Assembly: GCF_035084215.1 (NCBI RefSeq)
Contig: NW_027139442.1
Coordinates: 1,550,001 to 1,614,000 of the forward strand
From: Heptranchias perlo
Taxonomy: Eukaryota
Reading direction: 5' to 3'
Length of the DNA: 64,000 bases
The notes below the pieces were generated by a model. That model was given only the letters and a program-made list of their open reading frames with translations, was not told where the DNA came from and made no database searches. The translations under genes and the position numbers were made by a program. Shown here in pieces: positions 12,925-26,890 of the stretch (the first letter of the stretch is position 1; each line of letters starts with the position of its first letter).

Positions 12925-15900
12925 TGTCTTGTACTGTGCATGAGAGCGGGATTTCATCTGTATCTGTCAATCTCTGATACTGTGTGTGTGGGATTCATTC
13001 TGCATCTGTCATTCTCTGGTACTGAGTATGAGCATGGTATTTATTCTGTATCTCTCAGTCTCTGGCACTACATATGAGTTTAGGATCGTTCTGTATCTGC
13101 CAGTCTCTTTCACTGTATATGAGAGAGGGATTAATTCTGTATCTGCCAGTCTCAGGTACTGTGCATAAGTGTGGAATTAACTCTGTTACTGTCAGTCTCT
13201 TGTGCTATCTGTGAGTGTGGGATTCATTCTGCATCTGCCATTCTCAGCTACTTTATCTCAGTGTGGCATTCATTCTGTAATTCAGTCCCTGAGACAAAGT
13301 GCAAATCTGGATTCACTCTGTATTCTTATTTCAGTTCCTAGTATTTTACTTGAAACTGTATCTTTAATACTTTAAAGTATATGCAGTTTTTCGTCAAGTA
13401 TTTAATTTGTAAATATGGATATATTTTTCGATTTTCTTTAATCAAACATAGTGTGTGGGTTTTGGAGTAGTGTTTCATCTTAATCTCTAAACTCATATGT
13501 GAATGATAATGTACCTTTCAATCTGTTCATGGTGAAATTATTGGACTGGTATGTAATGTGTAGCTCAGATCTGCAATAATGTCTGTGAGTACTGTCTGTG
13601 AGTGTGGGATTCATTGTGTTCCTGTCAGTTTCTGGTACTGGGTGTGAGTGAGCTTAATTTTGTATCTGTCAGTCTCTGGTGCTGTATGTGAATGTGGGAT
13701 TCATTCTGTATCTGTCAGTCTCTGGTACTGTGTGTGAATGTGGGATTCATTCTGTATCTGTCAGTCTCTGGTGCTGTGTGTGAGTGTGGGTTTCATTCTG
13801 TATCGATCAGTCTCTGGTATTGCATGTGAGTATGAGATTCATTCTGTGTATGTCAGTCCCTGGTACTGAATGTGAGTGTGGGATTCATTCTGTATCTGTC
13901 AGTCCCTGGTACTGAATGTGAGTGTGGGAATCATTCTGTATCTGTCAGTCCCTGGTACTGTGTGTGAGTGTGGGATTCATTCTGTATCTGTCAGTCTCTG
14001 GTACAGTCTGTGAGTGTGGGATTCATTCAATATCTGTTAGACCCTGGTATTGTGTGTGAATGAGGGTTTCATTCTGTTCCCCTCAGTGTCAGGCGATATA
14101 TGTGAGGGAGTCATTCATTCTGCATCTATCATTTTCTAGTACTGTTTGTGAGTGATATGAATGTTGTCTCCGTCAGTCCGTGCTACAGTGTGCGAGTGTG
14201 GGTTTCATTCTGTTTTTCAGTCTCTGGTACTGTGGAAGTGTGTGATTCATTCTATCTCTGTCAGTCCCTTGTACTGTGTGTGAGTGTCGGATTCATTCGG
14301 TATCTGTCAGTCACTGTTACGTTGTGTGAGTGTAGGATTCATTCTGTATCTGTCAATCACTGGTATATTGTGCGAGTGTGGGTTTCATTCTATTTGTCAG
14401 CCTCTGGTACTGTGGGAGTGTGTGATTCATTCCATGTCTGTCAGTCCCTTGTGCTGTGTGTGAGTGTCGGATTCATTCGGTATCTGTCAGTCAATGTTAC
14501 ATTGTTTGAGTGTTGGTTTCAATCTGCATCTCAGTATCTGGCCCTCTATCTGAGTGTGAGATTCATTCTTTATCTGTATGTAATTTGCATCTCCGTTTAC
14601 ACTATGGTGGTCAAAACTATCTTTAATCCCTCAATGTATCAATATTTTTTCCCAGTGTTTAATTGGTAGATAATGATACATTTTAAAATGTAATGTAGGT
14701 TATAATCAGAGAATGTGGGCACTTTTTGGACTTCAATTAAATCTGTATCGATGGGAAAACAATTGTGAATTAGTTTATCTACCAAAATGATATGGTGACA
14801 TTTTTGAACTTTTATATCATGTGGAGCTCAGTCTGCATGAATGGAACACAGTGTATTTCAGTCTGAATCCGTATCAGTTTTTTGTAGTGGTTTATAATGT
14901 GTAGATCAGTCTGCACTAATGCAATTGATAATGTATCTTTCAATCTGACACTGTGAGATTTTTGGACTGATAAGTATTGTGTAACTCAGACTGCATTAAT
15001 GTGTGTGACTGTGAGATTCATTCTGTATCTGTCAGTCCCAAGTACTGTCTGTGAATGTGTGATTCATTCTGTATCTGTCAGGCTCTGGTACTTTGGAAGT
15101 ATGTGATTCATTCTATATCTGTCAGTCCCTTGTACTGTGTGTGAATGTAGGATTCATTCTGTATCTGTCAGTCACTGTTACATTGTGTGAGCGCTGCTTT
15201 CCTTCAGGTTGTCAGTCTCTGGCCCTCTATCTGAGTGTGAGATTCATTCTTTATCTCTATGTAATTTGTATCTCCATTTACAGTATGGTGTTCAAATCTG
15301 TATCTTTAATACCTCAATGTATGCATATTTTTCCCAGTGTTTAATTGGCTGATAATGAAATTCTGTAGAATATAGTCAGAGAATGTGTGCACTTTTGAGA
15401 ATACTATTAAATCTGTATCGATGTGAACACAATTGTGCATTAGTTTATCTTCCAAACTGATAAAGTGACATTTTTGAACTTGTATATGACGTGTAGCTTA
15501 GTCTGCATGAATGGAATACTGTATATTTCAGAGTGAATTTGCATCAGTTTTTTGTCGTGGTTTATAATGTGTAGATCAGTCTGCACGAATGGAATTGATA
15601 CTGTTTCTTTCAATCTGATACTTCTTGGACTGGTAAGTAATGTGTTACTCAGCCTGCACTAATGTGTGATTCATTTTGTATCTCCCAGTCTCTGGAACAG
15701 TGTGTGAGTGTGAGATTCATTCTGTATCTTGTCAGTAGTGTGTGTGAGTTTGTGATTTATTCCATATATGCAGTCTCTGATACTGTGAGTGTGGGATTTA
15801 TTCTATGTCTTTCAGTCTCCAGTCTTGTATGTGGGTGTTGAATTCATTCTATATATGCAGCCTCTCAGACTGCATGTTGGTGTGGGATGCATTCTCTATC

Positions 15901-16230
15901 TGTCAGTCTCTGGTACTTTGTGTGAGTGTGTGATTCATTCTCTATCTGTCAGACTCTGGTACTGTGTGAATGTGGGTGTCATTATTTATCTGTCAGTCTC
16001 TAGTACTTTATGAGAGTGAGTAATTAACCAGATATCTAGCAGTCCTTGGTACTGTATGCCAGTGTGGGATTCAATCTGTATCTGTCATCTCTGGTACCAT
16101 ATGTGAGTGTAGGATTCGCTCTGTGTCTGTCAGTCTCTAGTATTGTATGTGAGTTTGGGATTCCTTCTGCATCTGTCAGTCTCTGGTACTGTATCTCAGT
16201 GTGAGATTCATTCTGTATTTGTATGTAATT
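12925..16230 (+). repeat. 46-bp satellite interleaved with AT-rich 82-bp-family units (higher-order structure)
   Basis: Degenerate 46-bp units; block ~14150-14990 repeats at ~15000-15660. Confidence 0.85.
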
Positions 16231-19200
16231 ATTCTCTCAGATTGCATTATTGGGTTCAAAATTGTAGCTTTAATATCTTCATGTTTAGGTCATATTTCTC
16301 ATTATCTAACTGGTAAATATGGGTACACTTTAGGATTTGACGCTGTAGGTTTTAATCAGATAATTTGTGTTCTTTTTGAACTACTATTAAATCTGTATCT
16401 CTGTAAGTACAATTGTGAATGATAATGTACATTTCAAATTGATATGGTGACACTTTTCAAATGGTATTTTATGTGCATCTCAGTCTGCACTAATAGAATT
16501 GATACTGTATCTATAAATCTCATACTATGAGTGTATTATAAACTGATATCTAATTTGTTTCTCAGGTTACACTGTCACAGCATTTCTCAATCTGATACTG
16601 TACATGAGTTTTGGACTGGTATGGAATTTGTATCACATGATACATGCAATATCCATTCGAATAGTGTATTAAACTCACATGTGTGTGTGAGTTCTGGGCT
16701 AGTATTCAATTGGAATCTCAGGGTATATTATTGGGATACATTCTATACCTTCCAATCGGGTGCCATGTGTGATTTCGATCTGTGATTTAATTCGTACCTA
16801 ATGTTGCCCTATTGTGAGATTGACACAGTGCCTTTCAATCTGATAGTGTGAACTTCGACTGGGATTTTTGTATCTGCCTGTCAACGTGACTCAGCTCGGG
16901 GGAAATAGAACAGCGTCTGCCTCACCTGCTCTGTTTGAATGTTGGATTGAAAAAGTGCCGGTGGAACTTGGGATCAGTGTGGGACTGAGTGCTTCTACTG
17001 TCTGAGACTGTGGAACTGATGACCTGTCTGTGCCTCTGTGTCTCTGTGCGCTGTGTGTGATAATGTACTTACTGTGTGGGAGAAGGAGTTGGCTGCACTG
17101 TTCCTTGTGCCTCGAGTGGAGGAAACATAACACTGATTCTGGGTCCTTCAAGGATTTGCCTGTCGGAAGAAATTTATCTCTTGTAACTCAAGAACCAGTG
17201 AGGTAGAAAATACAAAAGTGTTCGAATTAATATCCATGTCAATGATTATTTTGAATATCCACAAATGAAAACCAGTGATACAAACAGTGTCAGTGTCTGA
17301 CTCCACTGCAGTACTGCAGCACTCAGCTTCTGCACACCACGTGTGTTGGGCAATTTTACAACGATTTAGTGACATCCAGACACAACCCAACCCCTGCACT
17401 GATCCATGAATGGGACAACCCGATGGGGCAGGGACCTTTGTGCAGGTCAGGTTTCTAATCCCCTCTCCCATGGGACTTACCGTTCAAATGAAAGCAAACA
17501 GCCGTTGTTTAAAATGTGTCCTTCACACTTCTCACCTGGTGCCTGCAATAGATGCTCTTTGTATAACTCCCCGCATCCTTACTGCCCGGCACTGTTTCCA
17601 CTCTTCACTGTCCAATAACAACAAACAGGGTGAGACTGGAACGAAACCAGGAACATTCACGACTGGTTTGGGGAGAGAAAGCAGCAATGATTTGAAATAG
17701 CAGGTTCTTCCCATTCTGTCTCCCTTACCCTGGACACACCCTGTACATACACAGCCCGAGAATGGCCTCTCCCTTCCCCCGCTCACTCCATGTTCCGGGA
17801 CCAGTTCCTGATCCACTCCGCCTCTTACAAACAGCCCCCGGACTTCCCCTGCCCTTGCTCCGGACTCAATGCCGATCTCTGAGCCCATCTGCGGACACGG
17901 TCCCGAAGCGATGAGCTGCTGTAACGAGGCTGCTCTTTGCTCCCTTCCTCCGGAGGCCGTGATCTCTGCAGTCCCGGCTGTTTTGAACGATCTTCTTCCG
18001 CTCACTGAGTGAATGGCGCCCACAGGCCGAGCTGGGGGAGGGAACGCGCATGCGCTCTTCTGCTCACCAACAACCAGCCCTGGGGGCGAGGCTGAGCCGC
18101 GCATGCGCAGATATCTGGTTTAATTCCCAATGCACAAATCGATGGAAACTTTCCCCAATTTGAATTTTTCAGAGTCTGAGCAAAGGAAGTGGGGCTGGGG
18201 GAAAGGTCAGAGGGAATGGGGTCCACAGGCAGTGCAGGAACAGGCACCAGAATGGGAAAGAGATGGGATTCCACCAGTGCCTCACGCTGGAATCCAGACT
18301 GACTTTACAATCTCTAACTATTAAACTAGATGTTTCCATCCCTGCTGTTTCTCTCGGTATCTTTTGATGGTAAAGAGCCTTTCATAGATAAAGTGGGCGG
18401 GTGATAAATGGCTTTGATTAATTCTTGCACTCTTTACTGATAAAACTGAAGCGTGAGGAAGAAACTGGGTCTTGGGGAGGATTTCTCAAACCAATCCTGG
18501 GGAAAAAAGGAGGAAAGAGTGAGTCGATGTGTTTGTTGGGATCGTGTAGGATTAATATCTGACAGCACTGGTCCCAGATTAATTTATTCAGAATGCAACT
18601 CTCGATTACTGAGAGTAATACTGAACGTCCCTGAGCTGCAAAACAGAATAAAGTACAACAGGCAAGAGAGGGTTAAATGTGGCCCATTGTTTTTGTCACT
18701 CTCTGAACTGAGTGTGGGATTAATAGTGTGTCTGCCTCTGGTGCAATATCAGTGAGAGATGAGAATGCATCTTTTGTCTCTCCAATGGGATCTTTCTGGA
18801 TAAAACGAAACTTTACAGGTTAGTCTGCAACTGATACTGTGGCACTTTGTCTCTCCGTGTTCTCTCTCACCGTGTCTGTCTCCCTGTCTCCCTCTCTCTG
18901 TCTCTCTCTGGTGCTGTATATGAATGTGGGATGCTGTTATTGAGCTTGATATGAACACACTGATAGGAAGTGTACGACTGTCAGTGTGTGTTTGTCTCTC
19001 TGTTGTGCTGGACATGAAGGTGGGATACTGTCTGACATAAAACAGAGAGAATGGGTTGTCCGGGCCGGGCCGCAGTGTAACCGGGGATGTGTTCGTCTTC
19101 AGTCCCAGTTCATGGTCATTTCTTTTTCACAGATTCAGGGTGAGAGTCTCTGTGAGACGGTACCACTAGCGGAGAAACATCGCGTCTCAACTCAAACCCC

Positions 19201-19600
19201 AACACATGAGATTCTCGAAATCAGCTAGAATGAAGTGTTTGTAAACTGCTGAACCCGTCCGGGAGGGGATGTGTGGGGAGATAGAATCGGGGGACTCTGG
19301 GACTGAAATGGAAGGAGGCGGGTTGACTTGTAATAGAAGGGACTGTATTTAGGCAGGAATATGACTGACTGTTAATTGTAACGGGGCTTATTTAAAAGCT
19401 CCGGGTTTCTGGAAATCCTTGAATATGAAGTCCGAGTCTGTAAGGGTTTGTCCAGAGCGCTGTGTTTCGGTTCTATTATCGATAAACGGTTTGAAATTGG
19501 CGGGTGGAGAAAGCTGGAGGTGGAGCTGGAAGATCAGAGGCCGCTCTCTGCTCTGTCTGTCACTCTTTCTCCTCCACTCCCGCCCTCTCTGTTTAATCCC
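12990..19600 (-). repeat. Large inverted segmental duplication of ~56150-64000 (lacking the H1 segment and H4 CDS)
   Basis: Reverse-complement matches, e.g. 13021-13185 vs 63800-63960, 16890-18750 vs ~59080-60890, 19190-19560 vs ~56210-56570. Confidence 0.88.
16920..18110 (-). ncRNA. Putative spliced non-coding/short-ORF transcription unit, copy A
   Basis: GCGCATGCGC x2 (18046, 18099) and CGGAAG; donors at 17787, 17536, 17073, 16926; acceptors at 17662, 17159, shared with copies B and C. Confidence 0.4.
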
Positions 19601-20089
19601 TTACATGGAAGCAACGCGGGTAGTTGGACTCTAAACACGGTTGACAAGTCAACAAGACGATAGGCGAGTAATGTTTCTGATCTCCTGGGCATCAGGTAAT
19701 TCACTGTCATTTGTTTCTGTACAGAGTTACATTTCAGTGATTCCCCAGTGTGTTTGATGCCTTATTTAAATAATCCAACAAAATATAACAGAAACGGAGC
19801 GAAGCGCTGAATCCCACAGATGTAGAAAGGTTAGTCGAACAGTTCTGGTGATGCCTTACGAGCCCAGCATGGCAACTATTTGAAATAAATACAAGAAATC
19901 TGGTGATGTGTGGGCTGGGGTTCATAAGTCACCCTTTAAAGTACCGGACTGTGGTCGGTTCCCCGACTCCAGTCCCATTAATACCCCATCTCGTCTACAC
20001 CGAGACAAAAGAAGCTCAAAGTAACACTGGTCGCATGATATCAGCGTCTCCTTCAGTCAGTAACCAGTCTTTTTACACATTCAGTGGGT

Positions 20090-20106
20090 GGATCTGAACA
20101 TGAGCC
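20090..20106 (-). terminator. Degenerate stem-loop of the H2A pseudogene, displaced by a LINE
   Basis: Reverse complement aaaGGCTCATGTTCAGATCCacccactgaatgtgtaaaaagactggttactg matches the H2A 3' flank at 4044-4095. Confidence 0.8.
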
Positions 20107-20109
20107 TTT

Positions 20110-21310
20110 ACATCGAGTTACATCGAAACCAAGGTACAGAAACAGGCCATTCGGCCGAATTGGTCTGTGACGGTGTTCATGCTCCACGTGAGCCTCCTCC
20201 TTCCTTACTTCATCTAACTCTATCACAACACCCTTCTATTCCTTTCTCCCTCATGTCCTTGTCTATCTTCCCCTTAAATGCCCCTATGTTATTTTCCTCA
20301 ACGACTCCTTGGGTAGCGAGTTCCACATTCTTCCCAATCTTTGGGTAAAGCAGTTTCTCCTGAATTCCCTATTGGATTTATTAGCGACTATTTTATATTT
20401 ATTACCTGAAGTGTTGGACTCCCCACAAGTGGAATCATTTTCCCTGCGTCTCCCCTTTCAAACCTTATCATTATCTTAAAGACTTCTATCAGGTCAACCC
20501 TCAGCCTTCTCTTTTCTAGTGAAATGAGCCCCAGCCTGTTCAACATTTCCTGATAAGAATATCCTCTCATTTCTGGTATCATCTTTTTGAATCTTTTTTG
20601 CACCTTCTCCGATCCCTCTACGTCCTTTCTATAACATGGAGACCAGAACTGTGCATGATACTCCAAGTGTGGTCTAACCAAGGTCCCATACAATTTAACA
20701 TAACTTCTTTGTTTTCAAATCTATCCCTCTCGAAATGAATCTTAGTGTTTGATTTGTCTTTTATGACCTTATTGAGCTGCGTCGCTACTTCTTGTAATTT
20801 TTATATCTGTACCCCTAGATCCATTTGCCACTCTATCCCGTTGTGACTCCTATTACCAAATCAGTGTGTGACCTCCTTATTCTTCATTCTGCAAGTTTAT
20901 TAATGTCCTCTTGCAATTTGCTACATTCTTCATTTGTATCAAATACATCCCCCAATTAGGTGTCGTCCACAAATTTTGAAATTGTACTTCCGATTCCCGT
21001 ATCCAAATTGTTGATGTAAATTGTGAAGAACAATGGTCCCAGCAACCGGAACACCACTTCCCACCTTTTGCCAATCTGAGTAGCGACCCTTCACCTCTAT
21101 TCTCGGTTTTCTGCTTTGTAGCCAGCTGACTATCCATTCTACCACCTGTCCCCTGACTCCACGTCCTCTGAAATTAGTCATGAGTTTACAATGCGGTACC
21201 TTATCGAAGGCCTTCGGAAAATCCAAATATATTCAATCTACTGCTTTAAACTTTTATTCACTTTCTGTTCCTTCTTCAAAGATTTCAATAAGGTTGGTCC
21301 TGTCCTTTCT
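20110..21310 (-). mobile_element. 5'-truncated CR1 LINE inserted in the H2A pseudogene 3' UTR
   Basis: DFPKAFDKVPH (20939..21226) and LVRPHLEY.AQFWSP.YRKD...SLEKRRLR.DLIEVFKI (20388..20693); 3' UTR tail near 20110. Confidence 0.88.
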
Positions 21311-21335
21311 GTTATCAGTTTAAATCTTGGCCGCT

Positions 21336-21719
<384 letters not shown>

Positions 21720-22107
21720 TTCCACAATCTCACAAATACGTTCATGCAGAATAAAGAACTCTCCTGCTCTCGCCCTTCTTATACCTTCTGGAGGAGTACA
21801 GTGGGGGCATTTGTAGTGGGTCTCTCTCAGAGTGTTTACACTGTCCGCTCACCCTCACTGATATTCTATCTTTCAACTGCTGTAATATTGTCCTTTATCA
21901 ATATTGCTGCTCTCCCTCCTTTCCCTACTTCTCTGTCCTTTCTAAAGATCTTATAGACTTGAATATTAAGCAGCCAGTCGTGCCCAGCTGGTAGTCCGGT
22001 CTCCGTAATCATTTAATGTAATTATTCAACCTCACGAAATGGGTGATGCGGCCGAAAAACGTGAAGGATTACTGGATAGTGTGTCACTTCCATTGGTTGG
22101 GGGGTTT

Positions 22108-22139
22108 GCGACATCTACTGGGCGGAGACGTGAACTGCA
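22108..22139 (-). promoter_or_regulatory. Putative CTCF site upstream of the tRNA
   Basis: Reverse complement TGCAG-N13-CCAGTAGATGTCGC. Confidence 0.6.
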
Positions 22140-22255
22140 AAAGAGCGAGAAATGGTCAGTCAGAAACCGGTTCAAATAAAGAACAAAATCCAACAGCTTG
22201 CAGTGTCTGTTCAGGGTCTGATGTTTATCAACTATTTTATGATGATGGATGGTCA

Positions 22256-22327
22256 GCGATGGTGGTATATAGGTGAGCATAGTTGCCTTCCAAGAAATTG
22301 ATTCGGGTTCGATTCCCGGCCATCGCA
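22256..22327 (+). tRNA. trnG: tRNA-Gly(TCC), probably degenerate/pseudogene
   Basis: GCGATGGTGGTATATAGGTGAGCATAGTTGCCTTCCAAGAAATTGATTCGGGTTCGATTCCCGGCCATCGCA aligns to vertebrate tRNA-Gly-TCC; B box intact; D-loop/A-box changes and a G:A mismatch in the anticodon stem. Confidence 0.8.
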
Positions 22328-22519
22328 ATTAAGTGTTCTCATTACTTTATTTCGTTCAGAAACTCTTAAGTTTGCAATTGAATTTGATGCAGTTCAGTTG
22401 GATATTGTTTCCAAAACATCAACGAGTGTAGTTATAGTAAAATGATTTCAGCCTTCATTTATTTTCCCTATAGAAGGAATAGAGGAAAAACATGCCGGAA
22501 ATAGTGAGCTGTAAAGGGT

Positions 22520-23052
22520 CCAATGAGAGTTAGGAAGGCAAATGATATGGTAGCCTTTATTGTAAGGGTTTTGGAATATAAGATTAAGGAGGTCTTGCTG
22601 CAATTTCAGTATGAGAAAATATTGTGCAAAATTGGCCTGTATTCTGTGGAGTTTAGAAGAATGAGAGGTGATCTCATTGAAATGTGTAACATTCTTAGAC
22701 GGCTTGACAGGGTAGATGCTGAGAGTCTGAATCCCCTGGCTGGAGAGTCAAGAACTGGAACTCAGTCACAAGATAAGGGGTCGGCCATTTAGGACCGACA
22801 TGAGAAAAATTTCTGCACTCAAAGGGTTGTGAATCTTTGGAATTCTCTACCCCAGAGGGCTGTGGATGCTCAGTTGTTGAGCATATTCAAAGCTGAGATC
22901 GATAGATTTTTGGACCCGAGGGGAATCAAGGGATATGGGGATCGGGAGGGAAAGTGGAGTTGAGGTCGAAGATCAGCCCTGATCTGATTGAATGGCGGAG
23001 TGGGCTCCTGGGGCCGTATGGCCGACACCTGCTCCTATTTCATACGTTCTTA
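22520..23052 (+). mobile_element. CR1 LINE 3' fragment with 3' UTR hairpin
   Basis: KANDMVAFI.R.LEYK.KEVLLQ...GLYSVEFRRMRGDLIE; tail 'gatcagcc..gat..attgaatggcggag...cctgctcctatttc'. Confidence 0.8.
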
Positions 23053-23059
23053 TGTAGAG

Positions 23060-23475
23060 AGCCTTATATCCAAGTGTGCTAATGACACTAAGTTAGGTGG
23101 CATAATTAACATTGTAGATAGGAGCAGAAAGTTGCAAAGGGACATTGATAGATTCAGTGAGTGGGTGAAACTGTGGCAGATGGAGTTCAACGTGGGTAAG
23201 TGTGAGATCATCCACTTTGGACCATAAAAAGATAGATCAGAGTATTTTCTAAATGCGGAAAATCTAGGAACTGTGAGGGAGGAGAGAGATTTGGGGAACA
23301 TGTACAGAATTCACTAAAAATGCAAAAAAAAGTTAAAATGGTAATGGAATTTTGATTTTTATCTCAAGGGATCCGGAATAAAAAGGAGTGGAAGTTATGT
23401 CACAGTTATACAGAGCTCTGGTTAGACCTCATTTAAAGTAATGTATTCAGTTCAGGGCACCGCACCTCTGGCAGG
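23060..23475 (+). mobile_element. CR1 RT fragment
   Basis: ISKCANDTKLGG...LQRDIDRFSEW.K.WQMEFNVGKCEIIHFG. Confidence 0.8.
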
Positions 23476-23679
23476 ATAAGAACAGATGAAATATGAGCCG
23501 CAGTAGGCCTTACGGCCCCTCGAGCCTGCTCCGCCATTCAATAGATCATGGCTGATTTTCTACCTCCACACCACTTTACTGCCCGATCCCCATATCCCTT
23601 GATTTCCTTGTCCAAAAATCTATCAAACTCAATCTTGAATACACTAAACGACTGAACATCCACAACCTCTGGGGTGGAG

Positions 23680-23680
<1 letters not shown>
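23476..23680 (-). mobile_element. CR1 3' end fragment (reverse)
   Basis: 'ggcccctcgagcctgctccgccattcaatagatcatggctga' is the reverse complement of the CR1 tail at ~30040-30110. Confidence 0.7.
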
Positions 23681-24418
<738 letters not shown>

Positions 24419-24479
24419 ATCTTCATTGTACGGTCAGTGTCTGTTCAGCAAACCGGCTCTGAATTTCTCAGTCTGTATT

Positions 24480-24860
24480 TCGAGAAATGGTTCTGTGCGC
24501 GACGCGGGCAATACAAACGGTGACCGACGCACTGCGACTAATGGCGGCCGGAGGCCCCACAATCCCCCGCGGCCGAGAAACCCCTCTATCTATCCTAGAT
24601 GCTGATTTTTCCGCTCGGACTGCGCATGCTCCCGTGGCCCGCCGTGCATTCTGGGAACGCATCGCTCCTTTCCTTTGTTCCCGAGTCGGACTCGGTGGAA
24701 ACGGGAGAAGAAACCGGGAAGTGGCGGGTAGGACGGGGTAGGCGCTGGATGATGGGTGTAATGGAGTCCGGGGACCCCCGCCCGCCCGATCCCCCGGGAC
24801 CCCCGACTCTGATTCAGGGCCTGATCCGCACTCGATGTTGCTGAGACTCCGCTCAGTGTA
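24480..24860 (+). promoter_or_regulatory. CpG-island promoter/first exon, probably of the zinc-finger gene
   Basis: CpG-rich; ATGGCGGC (24541), TGCGCATGC (24621), ZNF143/Staf-like TGCATTCTGGGAA (~24646), CCGGGAAGT; candidate donor CGG|GTAGGA at 24727. Confidence 0.6.
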
Positions 24861-25129
24861 AATTCAGGTTGTTGATCTGCTTTCCTTTGGCCTCAGCTTT
24901 GCCGGACAGAATCAGCCAGGGACGGTGACTGTGCTGCTCTCCATGGTTGAAATGCCGGCAGCTCGCTGTACAGGCTCACAAGTGCAGAATTACCATTTGG
25001 CCGGGTACTGGAGGGCAAACAGTGACTGGGGCCGAAACCCAACATCACGCAGAACCTTCAGGAGCGAAAAGGAGGAAAAATAGATCCTGCGATGAATCTG
25101 GATTTCAAATAGCGAGGACATGTCACGGA

Positions 25130-25450
25130 GGCAGAGTGTGTGGGACGGGGGAATTCATAGCTTAATAGGGGCAAGGAGGGAGAGTGTGTGGGACGGGGGA
25201 TTTAAGCTTAATTGGGGCAAGGAGGGAGAGTGTGGGACAGGGGTTTTACAGCTTAATGATGGCAAGGAGGGAGAGTGTAGGTCGGGTGATTTACAGCTTA
25301 ATAGGGGCAAGAATGGATAGTGTGTGGGACGGGGGATTTACAGCTTAATAGGAGCAAGGAGGGAGAGTGTGGGACGGGGGATTTACAGCTTAATAGGGGC
25401 AAGGAGGGAGAGTGTCTGGGACGGGGCATTCACAGCTTATGATGGGCAAG
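25130..25450. repeat. Minisatellite, ~45-bp unit
   Basis: gagagtgtgtgggacggggatttacagcttaataggggcaaggagg repeated ~7 times. Confidence 0.85.
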
Positions 25451-25544
25451 GGAGAAAAGAATGTTCCGGGGAAACGAGAACTGTGTGTTCTGAATTTCTA
25501 TTCTGTATTTATGGTGATGAATTATGTAAATGATGTGCACAGAT

Positions 25545-25740
25545 GCGTCGACTAGGCTTGTATTCTCTTGAATAAACAAGATTAAGGACTGATCTAATTG
25601 AGGTGTTTAAGATGATTAGAGGTTTTGATAGAATAGATGGAGATAAACTATTTCCTCTGGTGGGAGAGTCCAGAACAAGGGGGAATCATCTGAAAATTAG
25701 AGCTCGGCCATTGAGGGGTGATGGCCGGAAGCAAGTCTTC
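25545..25740 (+). mobile_element. Older CR1 3' fragment, left part (interrupted; resumes ~30132-30360)
   Basis: RLGLYSLE..RLR.DLIEVFKMIRGFDRID..KLFPLVGESRTRG.HLKIRA; continues after 30131 as 'aaagggtagtggaaatctggaactctct' to a 3' tail. Confidence 0.75.
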
Positions 25741-25934
25741 CGAACTTTTCCCGCAGAGCGGCAGTGGACCTGAGAGTAGAAGATTGAGATTGTGGAATAA
25801 AAGCAGCAGCAGACCTGCAACAAGAGACAACTACTGTGCGACATCACAGGTGAGGCAGGAGAGTCCGAGAGGTGAGCCGAGTATAAAAGGGGAGACCTAG
25901 AGCGGGAAGAGAGTCTAAGAGTCGAAGGCACGTC

Positions 25935-26890
25935 ATGGCAGCACAGCTCGCACCCGTTATATGCTCCTCCTGCACGATGTGGGAAGTCATGGACACTACC
26001 AGTGTCCCTGGCGACCATGTGTGCTGGAAGTGTGTCCAGCTGCAGCTACTGGCTAACCGTCTTTCGGAGCTGGAGCTGCGGGTGGATTCACTGTGGAGCA
26101 TCCGCGATGCTGAGACTATCGTGGATAGCACGTTCAGTGAGGTGGTCACACCGCAGGTAAAGAAAACGCAGGCAGAAAGGAAATGGGTGACCGCCAGGCA
26201 GAGTAAAAGGACTAGGCAGGTAGAGCCGGAGTCCCCTGGGGCCGTCTCCCTCTCAAACAGATATTCTGCTTTGGATACTGTTGAGGGAGATGGCTTATCA
26301 GGGGAAAGCAGCAAGAGCCAGGTTCGGGGCACCACGGGTGGCTCTGCTGCACAGGAGGGGAGGAAGAAGAGTGGCAGGGCTTTTGTGATAGGGGATTCAA
26401 TTGTAAGGGGAACAGATAGGCGTTTCTGCGGCCGCAAACGTGACTCCAGGATGGTATGTTGCCTCCCTGGTGCTAGGGTCAAGGATGTCACCGAGCGGCT
26501 ACAGGGCATTCTGGAGGGGGAGGGTGAACAGCCAATAGTCGTGGTCCATATTGGTACCAACGACATTGGTAAAAAAAAGGGATGAGGTCCTGCAGGGTGA
26601 ATTTAAGGAGTTAGGAGATAAATTAAAAAGCAGGACTTCAAAGGTAGTGATCTCAGGATTACTACCGGTGCCACGTGCTAGTGAGTATAGGAACAGGAGA
26701 ATAGACAGGATGAATGCGTGGCTGCAGGGAAGGTGTAGGAGGGAGGGATTTAGATTCCTGGAACATTGGGACCGGTTCTGGGGAAGGTGGGACCTGTACA
26801 AGCGTGACGGGTTAGACCCGAGCAGGACCGGGACCAATGTCCTCGCGGGGGTGTTTGCTAGTGGTGTTGTGGAAGGTTTAAACTTGAGTG
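25935..26890 (+). pseudogene. CR1 ORF1 (Zn-finger, coiled coil, SGNH esterase), frameshifted at an A-run ~26571-26578
   Basis: CSSCTMW...CWKC..L; LSNRYSAL; VIGDSIVR; CCLPGARV; VVHIGTND; second frame LYKRDGL.P. Confidence 0.88.

Noticed and set aside
25844-26566. 240-aa minus-strand ORF
   Set aside because: Antisense of CR1 ORF1
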